NCBI GenBank assembly: GCA_964035545.1
Contig: OZ037772.1
Span: 6,122,889 to 6,186,888, forward strand
Length of the DNA stretch: 64,000 nt
Source: Bugula neritina
Lineage: Eukaryota; Animalia; Bryozoa
Direction of reading: 5' to 3'
In this document: positions 27,201 to 40,200 of the stretch, piece after piece
Layout of the letters: each line of letters begins with the position of its first letter
Position numbering within the stretch: the first letter of the stretch is position 1
Notes under the pieces: generated by a model
Seen by the model: the letters and a program-made list of their open reading frames with translations, nothing else
Told to the model about the DNA's origin: nothing
The model's database searches: none
Made by a program: the position numbers and the translations under genes

Positions 27201-29452
27201 TTAGTTGTTAGTATCATTTTCAACTAACTTTAGCCCGTGAATTTCCAACTCATAAATATTGAGTATATTATTCACTTCCACAGCTGTTAGTCTCGCATAT
27301 CTACCATACATTCTAGTATGACATGTAACCAGATATATATCTGCAGGTGGTTGTCCAGGAAGGTAGTCACAGATCTCATCTTCTGGTGGATCATCAAAGT
27401 TGGTGTCAGTTTCACCAACGGTTACTCTCACATTAGCCAGTCTGTCGTTATCATCTAGATACCAAAAAAAGTTTGAATTGCATGTATAGGGTGTAATTAC
27501 ATTTTTGTTCCAATTTAGTTGAAAATAAATTTACAAGAAAACTATTGCTTTCATATATGTACTTGATATGTATACATGTTATTGGCTAAATACATTTTCA
27601 ATAGCTATGCAATAAGTTGACAGAACAAGATGGTCAATAAAAAACTCAAAGATTCATTGTGAAATACTGTTCTATTGTTTATTCAAAAGGCATACTATTA
27701 GCATTACAAGCATTTACATAGCAACACAACGCAGAAACTTTCACAAAAATAATATTTGGACACAAGTGGTCAAGACACCTTAATACGACAGCTACCCAAA
27801 TACATTAACTGACTTACTTTGAATGCTGCTTTCTGACCTGTCCCATATTTTGACACCGTCAACAAAGTGACTAGTGGCTAAGTTTATTTGCAGCCATGGA
27901 GACAGTTCTTTTTTAGTGGCAAATAAACTTCCTTCCTCTCCTAACCCAGCTTCCGAGGGAAGATAAATGCCATCAATAGCCTTCAACCCTGGCGATTTTG
28001 CGCTAAATAGGCTGCTTGATGTAGCAACTTTATCTAAAAGTTACCAGAATAACATGAATTAAACAAGACTTATACAAAACAAAAAGCTAGTACTTCTTAA
28101 AGTTCATATGATATGTCATGTAAAGTATTGTGGTATAATGTCACATATGTGATTAACCTAGTTTACTAGCTTTGTAGCATAAGTGTTAGAATTAGCAATT
28201 AGCTATCATCACCTTTAGCAAGATCAGTAGAGAATCCATAAACTACCAACTCATCAGAGACCACCTTCTTAACAGAACACAGTCTACTAGTCTGTTCTGT
28301 GTTGGTTATCACTTCTGGTTTATCAGACAGGAAACAGGTTGATGTATTCTTGTCATATGACACAGCAACACATGACTGGTTACAGGAGCAGAGGGACAGA
28401 CATAACTCATGACTAGAAGTGATTCTCTGTTGGTAATGTGTGAACACATCAGAAAATGTCTGATTCAGAAGTAATCTTTCATCTAAAATTGGAGAAGCTC
28501 TAAATACAGCAAACTGTCCTTTTAAGTTTATATATGTTTTAGGCAGACAGTCAGTTTTTTATTTGTAACAAATTTAGAATTGTTTCAAAGTGACTGTTTT
28601 TCAACAATATAAACAGAAAGTCAAAAATTACATATTGGATAAAGTAAGATAAAAAATGGATAGTTTGGCAGCAAATAATAGAGAGACCAGGTTTTTGGTG
28701 GTACAGTTGGATAAGCCCCATGCAAAACATTTAGAAACTAAGTGCAGTCAAGACTGTTTATCTAAAACATAAGATATATATTTTCAACTATATATTCTTA
28801 GATTTTGACAGTAACACGGGTAAATTGTAAATGATTGTTTGTAACAGAAGGTTGTAGTTTGAGTTTTGGTGTTTAAATCATTATAGTTATATATTTACTA
28901 ATCATTGAAGATAGCTTCATAAAGTAAACCATCTCCTCCAACTTTCCATCTTCCAGCTCTACTAAAGGCTCAATGAATAGTTTACAAGTTCTGTTTGCTG
29001 ATTCAAAGACACCAGATTGACACTGAGTTTGGAGGTTGTTGCACGAAGTCATGCAAGCTAGAGTAGAGCCAGCTAAAAATCAACTGCATAATTTTATTCA
29101 GTCAGGAATTTTGAGAACTAGTAATTTTGCATTTACTTTACATTTAAGTTTAATTAAAAAAATGATCAGGCTATCCAATATTTAGTTGATGCAAAGATAA
29201 ACAAAAATGATGCAAATTCAGATTTTAATATTTATTGTAATAACTCACAGCATGACAAATTATGCACATTAACAAATTTCAAGCAGCGGAATCAAATTGT
29301 TTACCATGTTTAGACTCCTGAGGCTGGGAATCTGAACTGTTGTATCCAGAGATCTGCTTTGTGCAATAATATTCTTCAGCAGGATTACTCGTCAAAGCAA
29401 AAAGTGATACACATTGTAACATCAACAACATGTACACTAAGAGTAGCTCCAT
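27201..29452 (-). CDS. Secreted PAN/apple x2 + F-type lectin domain protein, copy C
   Basis: Exons 29452-29305, 29072-28899, 28482-28213, 28033-27818 and 27454-27201. Open frame with the same architecture (AIDG, SPWLQINL, WDRSE, RLAN, GRY, ELEIHG). Confidence 0.88.
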
Positions 29453-30126
29453 GTTTGAAATAACAACTCTACTTGTGGAAAACATTTGACCAACTATTTG
29501 CTCATAGAATTGCTATGCCACTCAGAAGCATTGATACATGAATATATTTTCATGATGATGTATTATATTACGTTCAATTGAATTCAATTATTAATTCCTT
29601 TCAATTGAAAAACATTTGAAAAACTATTTGTTTGCAGAATTTGTTTGGAGAGTTGCTAAGACACTCAGGGGCACAAAAGAACATGTCTAGTTATATATGC
29701 ATATATATTTGTAAATATTTATTATATTAGGTTCAGATATTATTACCTGCATTGTCACACTTGTTATACAAATCCAAGACAACTAAGTTTTTATTATTAT
29801 AATTTATAACTTGTATTCCTGGTTCACCTAATTGCACCAGCTACTTCGTTTGTATGTGTGGAGCGCTTCCGGGCACTCGGTGCAGTTGTAATGAGTGCAT
29901 AATTGCCTGATACATAGCAACTGGGGCCCTATGGTATTGTCGGCTCCTTTGTTTGTAATGGCTCTTTTGGTTATGATGCTTCATTGAAACTCTGTTTGAT
30001 ACACATGCAGTTCTGATTTATCTTACTTTTTATATAGAGGTATAAACCCATTCACAAGTATCCACTAAATCCTGCACAAATAGCTACAACTCATTGGTTT
30101 AAGTTAGTATATTGTAGCCAATAGTA

Positions 30127-30193
<67 letters not shown>
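30127..30193. repeat. (TA)n microsatellite
   Basis: Directly visible. Confidence 0.95.
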
Positions 30194-30197
<4 letters not shown>

Positions 30198-30793
30198 CAG
30201 CCATATAGGAATATCCATTTCTGTAATGGCACAATGTGACGTAATGAAAACCCAGTGACAACAAATACGTCATAAGTTCATCAACTGCCAGCAAAAAGAG
30301 GCTATCGCTGATGTGTAAAGATAAAAGTCACTGTTTATAATTGTGTAGTACTCTGAGTTGCACGTGATTGGCTGAGTTGGGAAAGGAAAGCCACACCCAT
30401 TGAGAGGAGCAGACCAATGACAAACTATTGTTCAGATGCCGAGGCATCTATAATAATTATTTTCTAATACATTCAATATTATGTAACAAGTATAATAGTG
30501 AAGCGATTGGTATATGTAAATGAGAATTATCAGCTGGCCAGCTGTTAATGGTGAGATTATCATACTTCATTACTTATATATAACAGATTGCATGTGTGTC
30601 TAATTTTGAAATTTAATAAAACAGTAGACTAATGTATCCAGAAGTTGCAACAAAATTGCGTTATTGAAAGCTTGTTATTAATTGAATGAGACCTTGTTAT
30701 GAATATATTTTTAATGAAATGTTAATATGAAGGTTTATTATTGTAACCGATTTAATCCTTGTGCATGGGTAGTGGGATAAAACCCTTACCCAA

Positions 30794-30945
30794 GTTTATA
30801 GTCACCATTCCTGAGAGGAAACCATCAATGCAAGGGGATTTTGTTAAAGCGAGCTAAGGACTTATTGTCAGATTGGGAACATGAGCAATTATGGCTAGAT
30901 TCTCTTCCTAACATCACCAAAGGGCATTTTCGGGGCTTGAATACA
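30794..30945 (-). mobile_element. tRNA-derived SINE (family 1), reverse orientation
   Basis: ctaaggactt...gagcaattatggctagattctcttcctaacatcaccaa is the reverse complement of the family core. Confidence 0.75.
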
Positions 30946-31127
30946 AAACTTCCATTTACTAGGCAAACACTCTAGCCCCCTGCTCTCTGAATTATTATAA
31001 AGATAACTCATGCATTTGTATATTTTAACGGTTTACTTTTTATAAAACTACGTGCAAAGGGTGACGTGGCCAATCAATATGCATAAAGCTGTTCATGTTT
31101 CATTTTGTAGAGCTGCGTTGTTACAAC

Positions 31128-33516
31128 ATGAAGGTTCTCTTAATATGCATATCTCTGATGGTTGAATTTCCACCAGTTGTGGCTTCAAAAAACGGAACTG
31201 AAGAATTTTATTGTACAAAACAGATCTCAGCGTACAACAGTTCAGAAACACAACTTCAACATTCAGGTTAGCTTGTGAGTTAGTAGAATGCAAGACACAG
31301 CTGAGTATAAAGATAGAATCCATGACTACATGTACACATATACAAACATATAATATATTACCAGCTTGTTCTAAAAATATAAAAGAGTTTAACAAATTAT
31401 TTACACCTAAAATAAGTCAGACAATGCACAGTTAGGTGAATAAAATATTAGCAACTAAAACCAGTTAATATACGCAGTTAGAGTATTGATTATTATTGTA
31501 ATATTTATTTGTATCTTTACAAATAACTTGAAAACATTAATAATTTATGTGCAGGGAGCTTTTTACTTAACTGGGCTGTAAACTAATACGTATAAACAGG
31601 TTCAGTTAAAGAATTGGGATGTTGGCAGACATGGTTTAGCTTTTGTTTTTATAGTTATTTGGTTTCAAGCATTGCGTGGCATTGATTTTATAGCAAATGT
31701 ATTTTATTGTGTTACAGTGCATAATAAAAGATAACTATAAGTGAACAGATATAAGAGATAAAAATTGCTTGGTTTAATTGTGTATAATGCATTCTAACGG
31801 TTCGCTAACAATAACGTTTACAATAAACTGTAACTTTTCAATCTTTAATCATAGAAAATAGCACTGACTTGTTTGATTTTGTGGCTCATATATAGCAATT
31901 ATTTATTACTCTGTTTAGTTTCAGCTCGCTCTACTCTAGAATGTATGACTCAATGCAGTGATTTCCACAGTCAGTGTCAGTCTGGTGTCTTCGAATCAAC
32001 AAACAGAACTTGTAAACTATTCAATGAACCTTTAGTAGAGCTGAAAGAAAAGAACTTTGAAGATTCAGTTTACTTTATGAAGTTATCTTTGATCACAAGT
32101 AACCATGCAGTTCTTATAACATTTCAGTTTAAAAGCACAAACAAATAATTTTATGACAGATGTCTCTATAATAATTCAAGATTCACAATTTGATTCCTAA
32201 GTGTTTATTGACAACTACATACGTATAAAAAATTTTACTGGTGAAATATAAGTCATGGCTGAATCAATAAAAAATAGGCTTTTTCAAACCAATTTTAGCT
32301 GACATATTGCCATTTTTATTGTAGAGAAAAGTGTTTTTCTAAATGAAACATTTTCTGATGTGCTAACAAACTACCAACATAGAATCACTTCTAATCATGA
32401 GTTCTGTCTGTCTCTTTGCTTCTGTAACCAGTCATGTGTTGCTGTGTCATATGACAAGAATACATCAACCTGTTTCCTGTCTGATAAACCAGAAGTGATA
32501 ATGAACACAAAGCAGACTAGTAGACTGTGTTCTGTTAAGAAGATATACTCTGAGGAATTGGTTGTATACGGCCCTTCTACCAATCTTGCGAAAGGTAAAG
32601 ATAGCCAAATTTTGCTAAAGCTTATAAAGAGGTCCAAATTTCAACACTAGGTTGAGCTATATTATATAAACTTCTTTAAAGATATATAAGTTCTAAGAAT
32701 AAACTCTTCATAAGATGTTAAATGAAAGAAGCTACTCACTTATAATATAAAAGTATACGCAATGTTTTACGTACACTTTAAAGAGTACCAAATCTCCAAA
32801 TAATATTATCATTCATGCTTGTCTGATAAATTTTAGATATGACTGCTATATCAAGCAGCATGTATAGACTACACCTTTCAGGGTTCAAAGCTATTGACGG
32901 AATTTATCTTCCCTCTGATTCAGGGTTGGAAGAAAATGAGAGTATATTCGCCAGTGATCAAGAACTGTCTCCATGGCTGCAAATAGACTTGGCTACCAAA
33001 CACTTTGTTGAAGGTGTCAAAATATGGGACAGATCAGAGCACAATAATCAAGGTTAATAAAATTGTTTGAGCAGCTGTTGCATAATGATGTTTTATATGT
33101 TGGGGTCAAGATATATTTATGGTAATTTAGGTGCATTTAATGGTAATCTATGCTATAATGCTATAATGTGGCAATTATTCAAATAGATAAAAGTACAGTC
33201 TTTCACAATAGTTCTTTGGGTTATTTGCTGGCAACTTGTTCAGTCAAACACGTTTATTGTAGCCGTCAACGACAGACTTGCCAATGTGAGAGTGACAGTT
33301 GGTGAAACTGACACTAACTTTGATGATCCATCAGAAGATGAGATCTGTGACTACCTTCCTGGACAACCACCTGCAAATATATTTCTGGTTACATGTCATA
33401 CTAGAATGTATGGTAGATATGTGAGACTAACAGCTGTTGAAATTGATAACTATCTGAATATCTATGAGTTGGAAATTCATGGACTGGAATCTTATAAATA
33501 CAATGATAACAGTTGA
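31128..33516 (+). CDS. Secreted PAN/apple x2 + F-type lectin domain protein, copy D
   Basis: Exons 31128-31266 (MKVLLICISLMV...FYCTKQIS), 31925-32098, 32325-32594, 32837-33052 and 33263-33516. Open frame, head-to-head with copy C. Confidence 0.88.
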
Positions 33517-34673
33517 TGTGATGCAGTTAAGGTTAAAGATGCCTATTTATTGTTATTCACTTAATGAAAAGTGATTGGATGAAGTACACAGATGTAGGCC
33601 ACAACTCAACCTTTTGCCTAATACCAACAGTTTATATTTCTCACAAAACTCTAACAATTATTTGGGCAATACAGTCTAAATTGCCTGGATCTTTAACAAA
33701 AGCAAACTTTTCTTTTTCAGTTCTTGAGCTGTGCTCTTTTATCAAACAAAAGTTACTGATAAAAAGCTATTGTAAAAGCTTTCCCAAAAAGCTTTCATCA
33801 CACAACATCACACACTTTTCTTAAAGCTACAAAAAAGCTCTTGCCACAGTAGCGCTACTATATATATATATTATACATGGTTCAGTACTCTAGTCTTTTA
33901 AATCTTTAACTCCAAAATAAAAAAAGTGTAATATTACTTAGAGAAAATATTGAAACTAATTTAAAAACTAACTTATCTGATAGCTTACAAATCATTGAGT
34001 TCAAATTATCAGTTATAAACAATTTACTTCTTTTGTTCTGAAGAAAAGCAGCACAATAACATATTATTATATTCTATTATTTTATTATATTATTATATTA
34101 TATTTTTACCTGATATTTGTGTGTTCATATTATAATATAGGATATTAATATAGATGAAATAACAATATTGCTTAGTATTTTTCTGTGATAAGAGTGATTC
34201 TTTATGCAGAAATGTTGCAAAGCTAGTTTGTCTTGTGACAAAAAATTAACTTTCAGCTTTTCTTTATTAGCTGACAGATTTGTTTTCTGCAGTTACCAGC
34301 TATACATTTATTTTACACAGAATACAGTAGTTTCTTTTGTCAAATATTGTTAAATATTCTATTATTAAATAATCTATAGGTCATGTTATAGGTTCAGTTC
34401 CAGATGCCTGTTTGGTGATGTCTTGGGTTGAAATTGTTGCTTGGCAAGAAACACAATCAATTCTTGACACTTTCTATTTTTATCCATCTGCTTTGATTAT
34501 TTTGATTTTGATTGTATATTATATGGATCAAATCATAATGATGTTTTGGTAAATCAATAAAAAGTGTAAAACTCTCTATAGTGAAGTGTTCTTGTAAGAG
34601 ATCAATAAATTCTTCTTAAAGCAACTTAATACGAATATTTATTATTATGCATCATTAAGTATACCATAGCTGA

Positions 34674-34887
34674 GGGAGCAGCCGTGGTTTATGGGTTAGA
34701 TCGTTTGAATAGTAAGTCAGGGGTTCGAGTCCCAACAAAGGCTACTGCTGATGTTAAGAAGAGCATCCATGGTCATAATTGTTTATGTGCCTCATCCTAA
34801 TTATAGTCCTTAGCCCGCTTTAACAAAAAGCCTTTCCATCAGGGGTTTTCTCACAGGGATAGCGACTTTATAAACTTATATGAGTTA
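34674..34887 (+). mobile_element. tRNA-derived SINE (family 1)
   Basis: A box (tggtttatgggttag), B box (ggttcgagtcc), core gaagagcatcc and 3' ctttccatcaggggttttctcacagggatagcgact. Confidence 0.88.
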
Positions 34888-35594
34888 TTTAATAATTGCT
34901 ATAGCTGATAAACAGAAATATTGCAAAAATCAATAAAAAGAGCTGAGGCAAATGAAGGTATCAAACCAACTGACCTATTATAATCTAAGAAATATGACAA
35001 CAGATTAATCATAAAGAAGTTATATATTATCTCAGTGCCATAATATATTTTTATATCCCCTTATTAAATGACCCATATAAAACATTTTTCCCCCTTTATA
35101 AAAAAAGCTTTTTACTCTACAAGACTTAGTTAACTTATTTATGAAGTAGTAGGCATTAGCCACATATGAGGAATATTCAACTATATAAAATAGACCTCTG
35201 ATTGCTCAGTCCCAAATGAATATATATCTGCACTGACTGCATGCATGCTCTTAGCAACTGTTTATTTGTTACACCTACAGAATATTGATTATAATTTATA
35301 TCTTATATAGCAAGTTGTAGCCTGTGAGCACAGTGTTATGGAGAGTTCACTAGAACAAAGTTGGGCTGAGATGGTACTGCCTCACAAAGTCTATATTAAA
35401 AAGCTATAATGGGAGTTACCTGCCCGACCCAATGCATGGAAAAAGATAATAACAGTTATGGGAGAAAACTTTTTATTCATGATTCTACTATTGGCAACTA
35501 CTGTTAAAAATAATAAAGTATTTCATCATTTATGACATGCAAATATAAATGGAACATAAAACACATCGGAAGATATATATAAGAACATGTTTTT

Positions 35595-36350
35595 CACAGG
35601 ATAGTTAAGGGCATCCTCACTAAGAATATCATAAATTTCTCTCAAAATGTAGTTCAGGTTCTTGAATAATATTGCTCTGCGGGTGGCATGCGTGTTGCCT
35701 ACTTGTAATTGTTTAGCCTAAGATTAAACTACAACCAATAAGCAGCAACCTTCGTTAGGGCTGCGTTATCTATCAACATTCCATTATTGGTGCTACATAA
35801 ACAAAGTACAAAGCAAGCTATTCATTATAGCCTGCCAGCTAGCTAGCCTGTAATTATTATGTAGGCGCCAATATCTTCTCATCCCTACGCGCTCAGTGAA
35901 GCGTGAAGTGCTGCGCGCTGCTAGTTTCTTATGAGAAAATATGGCATTTTCAGTGTATAAATCACCAATTTATGAGCAATCTAGCAGAGTTATTGAAAAA
36001 AGAAAAAAACTTACACTGGAGAAATATCTCAGGATTCCAGCAGTGCAATTTTTATTCAGATATCATGCTTTGCTGCTGAGATATTTTACTGGTACTGAAA
36101 AGTTAGCTTTTCAGGCAAAATTGGCCAAAATTCGGCAGTTTTTTGTCTATAACTTCGCAAAAAAAATGAAAATTGAAATTTCCAAAAAAATTACACTGGA
36201 GAAAAAGAAGATCTACAACATAGTTTTTAAATTTTGACTCTAGCACAATTAGGTGAGATTTTATTTTACTGGTACTGAATTCTTATATGATTACAATGCA
36301 AACCTCAGCAAGGCAGTTGCAGCTAAAAGGTTGCCCTTAACTATCCTGTG
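35595..36350. mobile_element. Non-autonomous DNA transposon with CACAG termini (CMC/EnSpm-like)
   Basis: 23-bp TIR cacaggatagttaagggca(t/a)cct at both ends with 1 mismatch, flanked by tt/tt (possible 2-bp TSD). An internal duplication of ttacactggagaaa...attttactggtactgaa is present. Confidence 0.8.
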
Positions 36351-37262
36351 TTAATCATGACAGCATGAATGCACTATATATCATATTATACTTTTATATT
36401 TTGCAATTTTTTGTTCAGATCGTTCTGTCAGAATTTTTTTTTATACTAAATATGGCAACTGAAAAACTATAAATTAACTAGATATAGTTGTGTAAGAAAC
36501 GAGTACAATTATTTGTATCCTATTATACACGAGTATAGCTTTGTCTATTGATCTGTATACGATATATCAGATTTACTTGCATTTGGTAGGCGTGATAATA
36601 CTTACAAAAAAACCTAATAATTTACTCTCGGTCTGACATCTTCCAAAAGTTTTAATAAGTTGAGCAACAACTAACCCTTATAGGTCAGGAAATTGACCTT
36701 CCTATACAAAAGTCATTTTGTAGTTCTATGTGAACCTATAATATTCAGTGGACAAATCAAATAGAATAGCTATAATATAGAAACATGAAGAATTTTCTTA
36801 AAGCCATCCCTTGTTTCTATTATAAAAACCTAATGCGTATTACATTGCTAAAGATTATTTTTTTACAAAACAAGGAAATTTTCGCAGCTACTGTGGTATA
36901 TGTTATATGAGATTTAGTAAAAGCAATGATGCATGAAAATCTGTACCTAATTTGAATAGTAAATTTATTATCTGGCATGGTGCCAGTTATTTTATTATCT
37001 TTTGTCACGAGACATGCCGTATAAATGCTGCTTTGTCAGCCGTAACTTCACAACTTGTATTTGTGTATCACATATCATGATCATTCTTTGACTGACCCGC
37101 GACTGCATACTTTAGATTCTCAGGTTAGTATGACATCTTCTATCCTTTTGCTAACCGTTCGAAAACAGTGGAACTTGCAAATATTGACCTGTATATAGGC
37201 AATATAATACCTAATGCTAACTCAAATGTCAACTTCTCCCTTTACAGCTTCCCTACTTCAAT

Positions 37263-40200
37263 ATGGCGGAGTCAAAAATTGTGAAAAGAAGACTTAGCAA
37301 TTCGTATTGCTGTGGCTACTGCTTGCAGTACTTCAACAAACTTGAAGAACCCAGAACTCTGCCCTGCTTGCATGTGTACTGCATGCAATGTTTGAAGACT
37401 GACATTGATTATAGAAAGGATCACATTAGATGTGCTTATTGTAGGTGAGGTACAGTGAATATTGTATCATATAGCACATCCTAGGCTTGCATATTGTATT
37501 CTCTCTCATATCATCAGTTTTCCTCCATGCAAAAGCTTTTCGATCTGAGCTATTGGTGGTCTAGGGGTTAAAGTGTTTGCTTTGTGAACACGAAGTCATG
37601 GGTTCAAACCCCGACAAAGGCCATTGGTGATGTTAGGACGAGCATCCAGTCATAATTGCTCCTGTGCCTCATTTGAACAAGTCCTTAGCCCGTTCTAATA
37701 AAAAACTCTTTCCAACAGGGGTTTTTCACAGGGATAGCGACTATAAACTTGCGTGAGTTTTTTTATTGGTGAATATAAATTGCTGCATACACTGCAGGCT
37801 GTTTAAGGTCACCTATTCCTGATGCAGGCACTTTTTTATGTTATATCTCAACAGTTTTCAGAGGGTAAATCAAATAGTTTTATGTCTTCTATGGCATCCT
37901 TTTTTGTTTTGTTTATTTATGTTTATGCTCTTCACAAGTTGATCAACACCTAGAGTGTTTTAATAGTTACATAGTTTTTGTGTGTATATACAGTCTTGAA
38001 CTATTGGTGCTTTTAGCTACGCTTTTGTGATCCTTGCATCATCTTTTTCCCTGTACATATGTCAATTTAGGCTGTCATAATAACATAGTTTACAGCTCAG
38101 TTGATTAGCTTTCTCTATTTAGCATAAGTTTAGTATAAATGATCAAAATATGTACATCACTGCAGTGTTAAAGTTAGTATTGTAAATGTCCATGGATTGT
38201 TCCAATTTTGACTATAGCTACATGAATATTTAAGTTGAACAGATATTATATATGTAAGGCTTGTATGAATCTGTCATATTGAAAAGCCAAAAGAGTCAGT
38301 ATATAGCTGTCATTGCATTATAGCAAGCTGGAGCTAATGTAACATACTAGAGGCACAAACATGATTTCTATCAAATAAGTAGAGTAACAGAGCAGCTGTT
38401 GATAAAACAGTTTCATTTGAAAGTTGTTAGAAAATAGCCTATGAGTTTGAAGTTGATGCGGCTAAATTATCATCAAGGGTGATAACCTGTCCAAACAAAT
38501 TTGAATAAATACCAACTATTTAGGCTACAGGAACTAAATAGCCTTTTTAGTACTAAGTTACAAACAGTAGTTTGTAATAGTCTGGACTTGATTATAGGCA
38601 CTGCCATGTCATCATTAGTTTGTGGTTCAATGATTACATTAGTTTTGTAGCAAAATATAACCTAATTTATCAGCTTTCTACAAGTTGAGAATAATATACA
38701 TAGTTACCAAGTTTAAGGTAGACATAATACCTATGCCCTATACCTAAAATCTAAAAAGAGCTTTGGCATGATGGCATATAAAATGATAATATTATACTTA
38801 TAAGAAAGTTCTCTTATTTTGAACACTGAATAATATATTGTAGGAAAGAATACTATGACATCACAGATCCTACAACTTTACCTGCGGCCAAGTCTGGGGA
38901 TCCACTAGAATACGAATCTTCACCTAAGACTTCCCCAATTGTCTGTGATGTATGTGAAGATGGAACAGAAGCTGCCGTGTTCTGGGTGGAGAGACAAACA
39001 GGTTTATGTCAGCAGCATCAGGATGTGAGTCTTTCCCAAATAATCTCTCAAGATTTGTTGTTAGACCTGACCTGTTCTGTGTGTAAAATGATACAAAATG
39101 AAACCTAAGAGTCAGTTATAAAGTTGCGTTTATACCTTCAGATTTTCAGTCTGAAAGGCAGTTTGGCCAAGTTGAAAGTTCTCTGAAATGCATTGCATTG
39201 TAAAAGTAACTTTTAAAAATCTTTGTATTGCGATAACTTAACTCAATTTTTGTACTGTGTACTTAATCAGCCGAGTTCAGAATAATATTCAAAAGGAGTA
39301 ATAACTCTTTGTAAACTTTGTTATTCGATTATGACTTTGGCGATTACATGTTATATGTTAATAATTATATCGCCTACGCCTTCTCCATTATTGCTTTTAT
39401 GCTGTCAACTTTACTAATTCACGACGTTTTCAAAGGGCATCAAATATAGCGATTAGGCGAGTCAAATTTCACTTTTAGAAAGTAAGCTTCCGCATCAATG
39501 TAATTTCAACAAGTTTGACTATATATGAGGAGGTACTCGGAAAAGTATTGTTAACTGAAACTCGGTACTTTTTTCAGCAGAGGTATAAACGCAACTTAAG
39601 ACTTTTTATACTAGACACACAATTTTCACAATGCAGTGAGTCAACTATTCGACACAAAAGAGTTTGTGAAAATACTAGCAACTCAACTGTTAACATTTAT
39701 TATAATACAGAGTTACAGAGAGATGATGGGAGAAAGACATCAGTTTATTGACATTGATGTCTACAGAGCTTCTCCCCAGAAGTATGCTATAACTGAATGT
39801 GAACATCATAAACATGAACAGCTGACAGAAGTCTGTTACAAGTGTCACCAGATATTCTGTATGAGATGTGATATGCAAACTGGCTGTGAGGATAACACAG
39901 GTATTTATACTTGGTGTTTTTGTTGAAAAAAACAGATGAAAAATTTTGAAAATGTAACAGCAGAGTGAGAAACTAGAAGCAGTTTTGTTAGCAAAGTTAG
40001 CATTATTATTTAAATCTAATTCTGCAGAAGTATAACGAGCTAGCATAGTGAGTGAGTAAGGATAAACTCTGATATAAGAATACCTGAGGCAGAGTCCAAC
40101 TTTCTAGTAATTATATAATAATATCATATGTGTACAGTAATGCATCAGTTTCTATATTTGCATGGCTTATACTAAGAGTATCGTGAGTACACCATTATAT

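Noticed and set aside
29825-30015. GC-richer exon-like segment upstream of copy C
   Set aside because: No frame gives a recognisable protein; it partly matches non-coding DNA upstream of copy B.
35941-36237. 98-aa ORF
   Set aside because: It is internal to a non-autonomous transposon and has no transposase motifs.
35605-36340. TTAA-flanked piggyBac/Kolobok element
   Set aside because: The TTAA lies inside a longer inverted repeat beginning CACAGG, so it is not the TSD.
39615-39710. Alternative longer TRIM exon 3
   Set aside because: The frame is open, but the acceptor at 39710 gives better B-box spacing; it cannot be excluded without RNA data.
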